From positions 181,313 through 245,312 of the forward strand of contig CAWJKZ010000024.1 in the NCBI GenBank assembly GCA_963843575.1: a DNA stretch of 64,000 nt. Direction: 5' to 3'. The notes under the pieces were generated by a model. It ran no database searches. It had not been told where the DNA came from and worked only from the letters and a program-made list of their open reading frames with translations. Origin of the DNA: an uncultured Acidobacteriota bacterium (GTDB lineage Bacteria > Acidobacteriota > UBA6911). The stretch's first letter is position 1; each line of letters starts with the position of its first letter. The position numbers were made by a program, and so were the translations under genes. This document shows positions 51,489 to 60,113 of this stretch, in pieces.

Positions 51489-53204
51489 ATGACTTTGTTG
51501 AAAGCTAGCAGAATGCCCTTGCTGGCGGGATTGCTATGTCTCCTGCTGCTGGGCTTCGCTGGAGCTTCCTACGGCGCGGTTCGCTTCGACGTTGTATCGT
51601 CGCCGACTGAAGTGATCAATACCGGCCGCTCGGAAGTCACGGGTTCCGTGAACCTGATCGTTCGCGGGGCTGGCAACGTGACGGGCACCTCCCTGGGCGG
51701 CAACACCCAGATCGGGTTTATTTACACGAACCCGGCCATGCAGATCGACAACACGACGACGTCCGGGATCAAGCTGGTCTACAGCGCCGGATTTACGTCC
51801 GCCAGCCCGCACTTCGCGCCTGTCGCGGTTGAGAACTTCGACTTGAACGGCCGCTGCTCGGGCCGTATCACGATCGTTCTTGCCGCCGGTGCGCAGCCGG
51901 TCGAAGGCGACTTCATCCGTGTCGAGGGTGTGCGTGGCAGAATCGATGCCAGCCTTGCCGTGACCCCGGGGACCGACCTCTACGTTGACCTGCAGTCGAT
52001 CAACGACCCGACCTCGGCCAACTTCACCCCGGACCGCGTCCGCGTGGCGAAGTCCCTGGACGGCATGAACGTGGCGATCTCGCCCGATACCCTGTTGCTC
52101 TGCTTCCCGACCACCGGCAGACCGCCGTCAGGCACCGAGAAGCCCAGCTACTACATCAGGATCACCGAGGGCTTCGCCCGCGCGTTCGTGGATCAGGATG
52201 CCAACAACGACGGCTCCTTGGCCACCGACCGCGTCGACTCCGGCAACGGCCTGATCGGCGTTACCACCGCTCCGGGCGCCCTGGGTGCACCGAACAACTC
52301 GACCCAGTTCCTCGTCTGGTTGGAATCCATCCCGACCAGCGTGGACGACATCGAGTGGCAGGCTTCCGTAGGAACCGACTCCTCGACCGGCGCCAGCCTC
52401 GTTCTGGTTGAGGACAGCGCCACCTTCTCCTCGACTCTCGGTGTGGCCACCGCCCTCTATTCTTATGAGAGCGTCAACCAGACCGACGTCAGCGATATCG
52501 CGGTTGAGGTCTTTACGCTCATGCCGACGATCATCCTGAAGAGCACCACGGCGACCACGACCGGAACGATTATGGCCGGCGTGAGCCTGGCTCCTGCGGT
52601 CGATGCACTCTCCGGCTGCCCGGTCCCGACCGGTTCGTCCACGATCGGCCGTCCTCGCTTCCTGAGAATGTTCGAGTCCGACGCGGTTGCCACCAACAAC
52701 CCGCCGGATGACCCGCTGAAGCCCTATGCTCAGGTCATTCGCTGCAACTGCTACATGCTGTTCACCTATGTCACTGCGACCGCCGACTTCAACACCGGCA
52801 TCGCGGTGGCCAACACCACTGGTGACACGGCTCCGTTCGGCGTGAACGAGGCTCCGGATCAGCTTGGTAAGATCACCTTCTACTTCTACGATCGTACCGC
52901 CGGCTACGTGGGGACGACCGAGACCGCCGCTGATATTCAGACCGGCCGTAGCTATGTTGATCTGGTTTCCAACATCCTGCCGACTGGTGTGACCAGCTTC
53001 TCCGGTTACATCATCGCCAAGGCGGACTTCCAGTTCTGCCACGCCTTCGCCTTCATCGCGGACACCGGGTTCGCTTCGATCGCGCACGGCTACGTGGCGA
53101 ACATCATTCCTGACCCGGCGATCAAGAACATCAACGATCGCAGGGCTCCCGCCGCGGCTGCGGACGTGTTCAACATTCCTGCGGGTGAAAGCCTGAACAA
53201 CTAG
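51489..53204 (+). CDS. Putative abundant secreted/surface protein (S-layer-like candidate), 571 aa
   Basis: Intact. Signal peptide MTLLKASRMPLLAGLLCLLLLGFAGASYGA. Thr/Ser/Gly/Ala-rich with beta-rich composition and no enzyme motifs. Strong terminator immediately downstream. Confidence 0.45.
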   Translation: MTLLKASRMPLLAGLLCLLLLGFAGASYGAVRFDVVSSPTEVINTGRSEVTGSVNLIVRGAGNVTGTSLGGNTQIGFIYTNPAMQIDNTTTSGIKLVYSAGFTSASPHFAPVAVENFDLNGRCSGRITIVLAAGAQPVEGDFIRVEGVRGRIDASLAVTPGTDLYVDLQSINDPTSANFTPDRVRVAKSLDGMNVAISPDTLLLCFPTTGRPPSGTEKPSYYIRITEGFARAFVDQDANNDGSLATDRVDSGNGLIGVTTAPGALGAPNNSTQFLVWLESIPTSVDDIEWQASVGTDSSTGASLVLVEDSATFSSTLGVATALYSYESVNQTDVSDIAVEVFTLMPTIILKSTTATTTGTIMAGVSLAPAVDALSGCPVPTGSSTIGRPRFLRMFESDAVATNNPPDDPLKPYAQVIRCNCYMLFTYVTATADFNTGIAVANTTGDTAPFGVNEAPDQLGKITFYFYDRTAGYVGTTETAADIQTGRSYVDLVSNILPTGVTSFSGYIIAKADFQFCHAFAFIADTGFASIAHGYVANIIPDPAIKNINDRRAPAAAADVFNIPAGESLNN

Positions 53205-53221
53205 GCTTATCCCACACGGGA

Positions 53222-53268
53222 TCAATAAAGGGGGTAGCTCCCTCACCGGGGGCTACCCCCTTTTTGTG
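53222..53268 (+). terminator. Rho-independent terminator
   Basis: GGGGGTAGC-tccctcaccgg-GGGGCTACCCCC followed by TTTTTGT, 18 nt after the stop. Confidence 0.8.
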
Positions 53269-53297
53269 TGTCGCAATAAGCAGGCGCCAAATAAAGC

Positions 53298-53385
53298 AAG
53301 TGGGTCCGGGCTTCAGCCCGGACGCCTTTTGCACTTGTACATAGTGCAAGTCAAACTACGTCCGGGCTGAAGCCCGGACCCACTT
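53298..53385. mobile_element. MITE-like element, short copy (arm, about 34-bp palindromic spacer, inverted arm), followed by a REP-like half-arm at 53389-53407
   Basis: AAGTGGGTCCGGGCTTCAGCCCGGACG at 53298-53324. Its reverse complement is at 53359-53385. Spacer contains the palindrome TTGCACT-TGTACAT-AGTGCAA. Confidence 0.75.
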
Positions 53386-53428
53386 GGGAGGCGGCGCCGC
53401 ACTCCAATTTCTGCTATCATCCCCTGCC

Positions 53429-54154
53429 GTGTACAAGAGCCGCCCCATCACCGTCGTCATCCCGTGCCTGAACGAGGAGAAAGGCATCGTCGAGGTACTC
53501 TCCCGCATGCCCTCGTTCGTCGACGAGGTCATCGTCGTCGACAACAACTCGACCGACCGCACCCCCGAGCTCGCCCGCCGACACGGAGCGCGCGTGATCC
53601 ACGAGAAGGTCCGGGGATACGGCCGCGCTTACAAGACCGGCCTCCTCGAAGCTCAAGGGGACATCGTCGTCACGCTCGACGGCGATCACTCCTACCCGGT
53701 GGACGCTATTTCCTATCTCCTGGAAATCTTCCTCCGCTCCGAGGTCCGCTTCGTGTCGGCCTCGCGGTTCCCTCTGAAGAACCGGCGCGCGATGTCGGCG
53801 AAGCACTGGCTGGGCAACCGGCTCCTGAGCCTGGCGATGTCGGTCCTCTATTTCCGCTGGGTCCGCGACTCCCAGTCCGGCATGTGGGTGTTCGAGCGGG
53901 ACAGCCTCTCCCGGATGCACCTCGAGAGTGACGGCATGGCCTTCAGCGAGGAGATCAAGATCGAGGCCATCCGCAACCGGCACATCGGGTTCAAGGAGAT
54001 CTACATCGACTATTCCAACCGCATGGGCGAGATCAAGCTGCAGCCGTGGCGCGACGGCTGCCGCAACCTCGCGTTCCTGGTAAAGAAGCGGTTTGGGTGG
54101 CGGCGACGGCGCGACGCGGCGCCGCTCGTGCAGAAATCGGAGACCCCGCGGTGA
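53429..54154 (+). CDS. Glycosyltransferase family 2 (Dpm1/polyprenyl-phosphate sugar synthase-like)
   Basis: GTG start. Motifs ITVVIPCLNEEKGIVEV and DEVIVVDNNSTDRTPELA. DGD is the DxD motif. Confidence 0.8.
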   Translation: MYKSRPITVVIPCLNEEKGIVEVLSRMPSFVDEVIVVDNNSTDRTPELARRHGARVIHEKVRGYGRAYKTGLLEAQGDIVVTLDGDHSYPVDAISYLLEIFLRSEVRFVSASRFPLKNRRAMSAKHWLGNRLLSLAMSVLYFRWVRDSQSGMWVFERDSLSRMHLESDGMAFSEEIKIEAIRNRHIGFKEIYIDYSNRMGEIKLQPWRDGCRNLAFLVKKRFGWRRRRDAAPLVQKSETPR

Positions 54155-55200
54155 CGACCAGGGTGGACGGGACCGATCGACCCGGCGCCGCGGCTCCCTG
54201 TCCCGTTTGCCGGCGCGCCGACGCGCCGTTGTACGGCGTCGGACGCGACCGCCTCTTCGGCCTTGCGCCGGGTGAATACCGGCTGTACCGCTGCCGCGGC
54301 TGCCGCTGCATATTCCAGCACCCCCTCCCCCCGGAGCCGGCGCTGGCGGGCTTCTACCCCGAGGAATACTGGTGGGACGGCGCGGCTGGGAACCGCGGGG
54401 CCGCTTCCGGGATGCTCGCGCGGGCCGAGCTTCTCTATCGAGAAACCGTCGTGCGCGACCACGTGCGCTTCGTCGCGCGCTGTGCCGGAGCCGGGGGCTC
54501 CGGTCTCCGGCTCCTCGACATCGGCTGCGGGAGCGGCACTTTCCTGGCGATGGCGGGGCGGCGCGGCTTCCAACCCTGCGGCATGGATGTCTCCGAGCGC
54601 GCGGTCGCGGCCGCCCGGCGGCAGTACGGTCTCGACGTGCGCCACGGCGGGATCGGCAGCGCGCTCTGGGAGCCCGCGAGCTTCGACCTGGTGACGATGT
54701 TCCACGTCCTCGAGCACGTCCGCGACCCGCGCGGCGCGCTCGACTATGCCCGCGGCCTGCTCAAACCCTCGGGACGGCTCGTCGTGCAGGTCCCCAACGC
54801 GAGATCGCTCCAGGCCAGGGCGTTCGGGACGCGCTGGTACGGTCTGGACGTGCCCCGGCACCTCATCAACTTCAGCGCCGACGGCCTGGAGATCCTGCTG
54901 CGCGAGGCCGGACTGGAGATCCGCGCCGTCTCCCGTTTTTCGCTCCGCGACAACCCTGCGGCCCTCGCCTCGAGCGCGGCCCCGGCCCTGGACCCCATCG
55001 GCCGCAAGGGGCGGCGGCGCGACGCCGGCCGGCCGGCGGCCCGGGCCGCCCTCGAGCTCGCCTACTTCTCCCTGACCCTCCTGGCCCTGCCGCTCGCCCT
55101 CGCCGAGAGCGCCTTCGGGCTGGGCGCGACCCTCTGGGTCGCCGCAAGCCCGACCAACAGAAGAATAAGTGGGTCCGGGCTTCAGCCCGGACGCCTTTAG
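54151..55200 (+). CDS. Class I SAM-dependent methyltransferase. Its C-terminal tail runs into the MITE arm.
   Basis: GTG start overlapping the GT2 stop. Motif I LLDIGCGSGTF, plus DLVTMFHVLEHVRDP and KPSGRLVV. The last residues (...RISGSGLQPGRL) are translated from MITE sequence. Confidence 0.75.
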   Translation: MTTRVDGTDRPGAAAPCPVCRRADAPLYGVGRDRLFGLAPGEYRLYRCRGCRCIFQHPLPPEPALAGFYPEEYWWDGAAGNRGAASGMLARAELLYRETVVRDHVRFVARCAGAGGSGLRLLDIGCGSGTFLAMAGRRGFQPCGMDVSERAVAAARRQYGLDVRHGGIGSALWEPASFDLVTMFHVLEHVRDPRGALDYARGLLKPSGRLVVQVPNARSLQARAFGTRWYGLDVPRHLINFSADGLEILLREAGLEIRAVSRFSLRDNPAALASSAAPALDPIGRKGRRRDAGRPAARAALELAYFSLTLLALPLALAESAFGLGATLWVAASPTNRRISGSGLQPGRL

Positions 55201-55335
55201 ATCCGCCTCATCTAGAAACAGTTTCACGTCATAGTTTCAGCAAACTACGTCCGGGCTGAAGCCCGGACCCACTTGTTTTTCCGGCAGGCCGGGTGGTTCA
55301 ACCGCTGGACGACCTCTGAAGCCCGGACCCACCTG
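55168..55335. mobile_element. MITE-like element, full copy (arm, about 54-bp spacer, inverted arm, about 40 bp, partial third arm)
   Basis: Arms at 55168-55194 and 55249-55275. Partial arm at 55316-55335. Same layout as the 46132 copy. Confidence 0.75.
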
Positions 55336-55384
55336 AGTTTTCATTTGCGCGCTGCCGTGACCACGGATAGGATCTTTCCCCATC

Positions 55385-56383
55385 ATGGCAAATCTCCGGC
55401 TGACGAAAGTGAAAGTGCTGGTGACCGGCGGCGGCGGGTTTATCGGCAGCCACCTGTGCGAGCTCTGCGCCCGCGAGGGGGCGGAGGTGCGGGCGTTCGT
55501 CCATTACAACTCGCGCTCCGACTGGGGCATGCTCGAGCTCCTGGACCGGCGCGTGCTCAAGGGTATCGAAGTGCAGTCCGGGGACCTGCGCGACGCGGAA
55601 GCGGTACGCCGGGCGGTGCGCGGATGCAACTTCGTGTTCCACCTCGGGGCTTTGATCGGCATCCCCTATTCGTACGTGAACCCGCTCGATGTCGTGTCCA
55701 CGAACGTGCTGGGGACTGCGCACGTGCTGCAGGCAGGCCGCGAGTTTTCGATCGAACGCATCGTGCAGACTTCGACGAGCGAGGTGTATGGCACAGCGCA
55801 GTACGTGCCCATGGACGAGGCGCACCCGCTCGCGCCGCAGTCCCCTTACGCGGCGTCGAAGGTGGCGGCCGACAAGCTGGCTGAAAGCTACCACAGGGCT
55901 TACGGCCTCCCTGTCACCATCGTGCGGCCGTTCAACACCTACGGCCCGCGCCAGTCGCCCCGTGCCGTTATCCCGACGATCGTGCTGCAGGCCCTGCGGG
56001 GCAAACGGATTCGGTTGGGTAACACGGGCCCGAGCCGCGACCTGACCTTCGTCACCGACACGGCGCGCGGTTTCGTCGACGCCGCCTTGAGTCCGGCCGC
56101 GGAGGGGCAGACGGTGCAGCTGGGTTCGGGGACCGAGACCTCGGTGCGGGACTTGGTCGCCGCCGTCGCGGCGATTCTCGGCAAGGAACTTGTCGTCGTG
56201 CGCGAGCGCCGGCGTGAACGACCCCGGGGAAGCGAGGTGGAGCGCCTGTATGCGTCCAACCGGCGCGCCGCCGACCTGACAGGCTGGCGGCCGACGGTGC
56301 CGCTGGCGCGGGGTCTGCAAAAAACGATACACTGGTTCCGTGGCCGGACGGCCCTTTACAAAACGGATCTTTACCATGTCTAG
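55385..56383 (+). CDS. NAD-dependent epimerase/dehydratase (SDR family; UDP-sugar 4-epimerase or 4,6-dehydratase-like)
   Basis: Rossmann motif VLVTGGGGFIGSHL and catalytic YAASK. Intact 332 aa. Confidence 0.85.
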   Translation: MANLRLTKVKVLVTGGGGFIGSHLCELCAREGAEVRAFVHYNSRSDWGMLELLDRRVLKGIEVQSGDLRDAEAVRRAVRGCNFVFHLGALIGIPYSYVNPLDVVSTNVLGTAHVLQAGREFSIERIVQTSTSEVYGTAQYVPMDEAHPLAPQSPYAASKVAADKLAESYHRAYGLPVTIVRPFNTYGPRQSPRAVIPTIVLQALRGKRIRLGNTGPSRDLTFVTDTARGFVDAALSPAAEGQTVQLGSGTETSVRDLVAAVAAILGKELVVVRERRRERPRGSEVERLYASNRRAADLTGWRPTVPLARGLQKTIHWFRGRTALYKTDLYHV

Positions 56384-57170
56384 CCCCACAGAACCGCAAA
56401 TCGTCGTCGTGCTGCCGGCGTACAATGCGGCGAAGACCCTCGAGCAGACCTACGCCGATTTGCCCAAGGACAAGATCTCGAAGATCATCCTGGTGGACGA
56501 CGTCAGCCAGGACCAGACCGTGGAGGTCGCCAAGGCCCTCGGGCTTTCGGTCGTGATCCACGTGCAGAACCGGGGTTACGGCGGCAATCAGAAGACGTGC
56601 TACCTCGAGGCGCTCAAGCACGGCGCGGACGTCGTGGTGATGCTCCACCCCGATCACCAGTACGACTCGCGCCTCGTCCCCGAGCTCGTGCGCCCCATCC
56701 TGGAGGGGCGCGCCGACATGGTGATGGGCTCGCGGATCATGAACGGTCGCGCCCTCCAGGGGGGCATGCCGAAGTGGAAGTACCTGGCCAACCGGGCGCT
56801 CACCATCACCGAGAACTTTGTCTTCCGCACCCGGCTGACCGATTGCCACAGCGGATTTCGCGCCTACAGCCGCAAGCTGCTCTCCACCGTCCCGTTCCTG
56901 CTCAACTCCGACGATTTTGTCTTCGACTCCCAGATGATCGCCCAGGCGGTGCACCTGGGATTCACCATCACCGAGATCGCGGTCCAGGCTCGTTATTTCC
57001 CCGAAGCCTCCAGCGTGAACTTCAAGGTGAGCACCGTTTACGGCATCAAGACGCTGGGCGTGCTCGGGAGTTTCCTGCTGCAGCGGTCCGGCGCAGCCCA
57101 CTTCCGCATCTTCGAACGCACTCTGCCGGAGGTGATCAGCAAGTACTACCATGAGGGGATCTTCCGCTGA
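56376..57170 (+). CDS. Glycosyltransferase family 2
   Basis: Motifs IVVVLPAYNAAKTLEQTY and ILVDDVSQD. Confidence 0.8.
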   Translation: MSSPTEPQIVVVLPAYNAAKTLEQTYADLPKDKISKIILVDDVSQDQTVEVAKALGLSVVIHVQNRGYGGNQKTCYLEALKHGADVVVMLHPDHQYDSRLVPELVRPILEGRADMVMGSRIMNGRALQGGMPKWKYLANRALTITENFVFRTRLTDCHSGFRAYSRKLLSTVPFLLNSDDFVFDSQMIAQAVHLGFTITEIAVQARYFPEASSVNFKVSTVYGIKTLGVLGSFLLQRSGAAHFRIFERTLPEVISKYYHEGIFR

Positions 57171-57197
57171 GGCCCGGCCGTCCTGAAAGCCCGGCCC

Positions 57198-58292
57198 GTG
57201 CACCCGCGCCCGAAGGGTGGAGCAGAGCGATTGTATCTACAGTGCGAGCACAACTCGAAACAACCGGGACTCGTTCCCGGTCTGGTTTCGGTCGTGGTGG
57301 TGAACTGGAACGGGATGGGGTACCTGCCCGAGTGCCTCGAGTCCGTCCGAATGCAGTCGTACGACCGGAAGGAGATCGTGGTCGTCGACAACGGCTCGAC
57401 CGATGGCTCGCGCGAATGGCTGCGCGCCCACCCGCCCGAGTGCGGCCGCCTGGTCCAGCTCGACTCGAACCGCGGCTTCGCCGGCGGCGTGAACGCGGGC
57501 ATCCGCGTGTCGTCCGGTGAATACGTCGCGCTGCTGAACAACGACGCGGTCGCCGAGCGCGACTGGCTGACGCACCTGGTGGCCTCCGCGGCCGATCCCG
57601 CCGTCGGTATGGTCGCCTCGAAAATCCTGTTCTACGACCGGCGCGGCGTGATCGACAAGACGGGCCACCTGCTTTACCCCGACGGTCTGAACCGCGGCCG
57701 CGGGGCGGGCGAGACCGACAGCGGGCAGTACGACCGGGACCTGGAGATCCTGTTCCCGGACGGGTGCGCGGCCCTCTACCGCCACCGGATGCTCCACGAG
57801 ATCGGGCTGTTCGACGAAGAGTTCTTCGCCTACGGCGACGACGCGGACCTCGGGCTGCGGGCCTGCTGGCAGGGCTGGAAGTGCGCCTACGCGCCCGGGG
57901 CCCGGGTCTACCACCGCCACTCCAGCAGCCTGGGGAAATACTCGCCCGAAAAGGCGTTCCTGGTGGAGCGCAATCGGTTCTGGGTCGCGGTGAAGCTCCT
58001 GCCCTGGCACCGCCTCGCCCTTTCGCCGTTCTTTACAATGTGGCGCTTTTGCTGGCACATTAGCAGTGTTTTCGCAGACAGGGGGCTGGCGGGGGGCGTC
58101 GCCCGGGACCACAACGCAGGCAGGCTGGCGTGGGCCTTGGTGCGCGCTTACGTCTCCGGCATATCCGGCCTGATCAACATCCTGCGCAAGCGCAGGGACG
58201 TGTTCCAGACGAGGCGCATCCGTTCGGCCGAATTCTGCCGGCTGATCCGCAAGTACCGGATTTCGGCCCGGGAACTCGCGCTGCGCGACTGA
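57198..58292 (+). CDS. Glycosyltransferase family 2 (rhamnosyl/GalNAc-transferase-like; start uncertain)
   Basis: Motifs VSVVVVNWNGMGYLPECLESV, IVVVDNGSTDGS and a DxD-like DDADL. Confidence 0.75.
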   Translation: MHPRPKGGAERLYLQCEHNSKQPGLVPGLVSVVVVNWNGMGYLPECLESVRMQSYDRKEIVVVDNGSTDGSREWLRAHPPECGRLVQLDSNRGFAGGVNAGIRVSSGEYVALLNNDAVAERDWLTHLVASAADPAVGMVASKILFYDRRGVIDKTGHLLYPDGLNRGRGAGETDSGQYDRDLEILFPDGCAALYRHRMLHEIGLFDEEFFAYGDDADLGLRACWQGWKCAYAPGARVYHRHSSSLGKYSPEKAFLVERNRFWVAVKLLPWHRLALSPFFTMWRFCWHISSVFADRGLAGGVARDHNAGRLAWALVRAYVSGISGLINILRKRRDVFQTRRIRSAEFCRLIRKYRISARELALRD

Positions 58293-58297
58293 TCACT

Positions 58298-59350
58298 ATG
58301 GCCACGACGGTCTTTCTCACCGGGGGTACGGGCTACCTCGGCGGCACGCTCCTGCGTCAGCTCCTGGACGCGGGCTACGCCGTGCGCGCGCTGGTCCGGC
58401 GCGCGCCGGCCCCCCTCCCCGCGGGCGAGGTGGAGCCGGTTGTGGGCGACCTTTCGGATCCGGACCGCCTGGCCGGGCCCATGAGGGGGTGCGCCGCCGT
58501 GTTTCACAGCGCGGCCCTGGTCTCGTGCTGGGCCCGCGACCGCCAGGACTTTTACCAGACCAACGTCGACGGTTTGCGCAACGTGTTGCGCGCCGCGGCG
58601 GCTGCGGGGACGGGAACAGTAGTCTACACGTCGTCGTTCTTCGCGCTCGGCCCGGCGGAACTGCCGGGGGCGCGCGAGGACTCCGGGGCCGAGCCCACAA
58701 GTGGGTACGGGCTTCAGCCCGGACGTAGTTTGCGTTGGCTTGGCGGCGTGTGCGGAACGCCCCCCTATCTTCACAGCAAGTTTCTGGCGCGCGCAGAGGC
58801 CCGGCAGGCGAAGGCGTCGGGATTCCCGATCGTGATCCTGTATCCCGGGGTGATCTACGGCCCGGGGCGCCGCACCGCCGGGAACCTCGTCGGCCGCCTC
58901 GTTGCGGACTTCGTGTCGGGGCGCATGTCCGCGCTGCTTGGCAACGGCCGCCAGATCTGGTCCTTCGCTTTTATCGAGGATGTCGCCCGCGGCCACCTGC
59001 GGGCCATGGAGCGGGCCGCCGGCGGGGGCGAGTTCGTCCTCGGCGGCGACAACGTGTCGCTGCGCGGGTTTTACGAGATCCTGGCGCGGCTTTCAGGCCG
59101 GCCCGCGCCGCGGCTGCGCCTCCCCGCGGTGCTCGGCGCCCTGGCCGGCGCGCTCGAGTTCGCGCGCGCGCGGGCCCTCGGCTCGATCCCCGCCGCCACC
59201 CCGGCCACCGTGCTGGCGATGTACAAGAGCTGGGCTTGCGATTCGGGCAGGGCGCAGGCGGAACTGGGGTACGACTGCACGCCCCTGGAACAGGGGCTGC
59301 GCCTCACGCTGGACGCGATGGACGTGCCCACCGGCGAGGGGCGCCAATGA
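58298..59350 (+). CDS. NAD-dependent epimerase/dehydratase (SDR) carrying an in-frame solo MITE-arm insertion
   Basis: Rossmann motif VFLTGGTGYLGGTLLRQL and catalytic YLHSK. The 27-bp MITE arm at 58699-58725 encodes an SGYGLQPGRS-type insertion just upstream of the catalytic Tyr, without breaking the frame. Confidence 0.75.
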   Translation: MATTVFLTGGTGYLGGTLLRQLLDAGYAVRALVRRAPAPLPAGEVEPVVGDLSDPDRLAGPMRGCAAVFHSAALVSCWARDRQDFYQTNVDGLRNVLRAAAAAGTGTVVYTSSFFALGPAELPGAREDSGAEPTSGYGLQPGRSLRWLGGVCGTPPYLHSKFLARAEARQAKASGFPIVILYPGVIYGPGRRTAGNLVGRLVADFVSGRMSALLGNGRQIWSFAFIEDVARGHLRAMERAAGGGEFVLGGDNVSLRGFYEILARLSGRPAPRLRLPAVLGALAGALEFARARALGSIPAATPATVLAMYKSWACDSGRAQAELGYDCTPLEQGLRLTLDAMDVPTGEGRQ

Positions 59351-59393
59351 TCCTGCGTTCGTGGAACGCCGCCGGAGCGGATCGGAGTTGCGC

Positions 59394-60113
59394 GTGCTGA
59401 ATTCACGGGTGAAAAGCCTGGCCCGGCGCATCCTGCCGGACGTCGTCGCCGGATGGCTCGACCCGGTCGAGCGCACCATCGACTCCGAGGTGCGCCGTGC
59501 CGCCGCGCTGGTGGGCGACGGCCAGGTCGTGCTCGACGCCGGCGCCGGGGAAGCGCGGCACCGCGGCTTTTTCCAGCGCGGGCGCTATGTCGCCCTGGAT
59601 GCCGGGTCCGGCGACCCGGCCTGGGATTACTCGGGGCTCGACGTCCGCGGGGACCTGGGGTGCCTCCCGCTGCGCGCCCGCAGCGTGGACGGGGTGCTCT
59701 GCATGGTGGTCCTCGAGCACACGCGCGACCCGCGCCGCACCCTGGCGGAGTTCGGGCGGGTTCTCAAACCCGGCGGTTTCCTGGTCATGGTCGTGCCTTT
59801 CCTCTGGGAGGAACACCAGGCGCCCCACGACTACTTCCGGTTCACCCGCCACGGCGTGCGGCTCCTCTTCGAGGGCCTCCCGTTCAGGATCGACCTGCTG
59901 TCCCCGCTCGGCGGCTTTTTCCGCGTTTGCGCGCGCCGCTGTGTGAACCTGCTCGGCTTCTTCCAGCAGGGGTGGCGCTGGCCGCTCTTCGTGCTGCTCG
60001 CGCCGTTTTTCGGGCTGCTCTTCCCGGTGCTCCTCCATTTTCTCGACGGGCTGGACCGTTCCAGGGAATTTTCCCTGGGTTTCCAGATCCGGGCGACCAG
60101 GGACCAGGACTGA
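59394..60113 (+). CDS. Class I SAM-dependent methyltransferase (Methyltransf_11-like)
   Basis: Motif I VVLDAGAGEARH, plus VDGVLCMVVLEHTRDP and KPGGFLVMVVP. The C-terminus is hydrophobic. Confidence 0.65.
   Translation: MLNSRVKSLARRILPDVVAGWLDPVERTIDSEVRRAAALVGDGQVVLDAGAGEARHRGFFQRGRYVALDAGSGDPAWDYSGLDVRGDLGCLPLRARSVDGVLCMVVLEHTRDPRRTLAEFGRVLKPGGFLVMVVPFLWEEHQAPHDYFRFTRHGVRLLFEGLPFRIDLLSPLGGFFRVCARRCVNLLGFFQQGWRWPLFVLLAPFFGLLFPVLLHFLDGLDRSREFSLGFQIRATRDQD

Noticed and set aside
54046-55259. ORF-track products ending in ...KWVRASART, ...SGSGLQPGRL and ...LQPGRL as a conserved C-terminal protein motif
   Set aside because: These residues are simply the MITE arm (AAGTGGGTCCGGGCTTCAGCCCGGACG) translated in different frames where ORFs run into the repeat. 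They are not an independent peptide signal.
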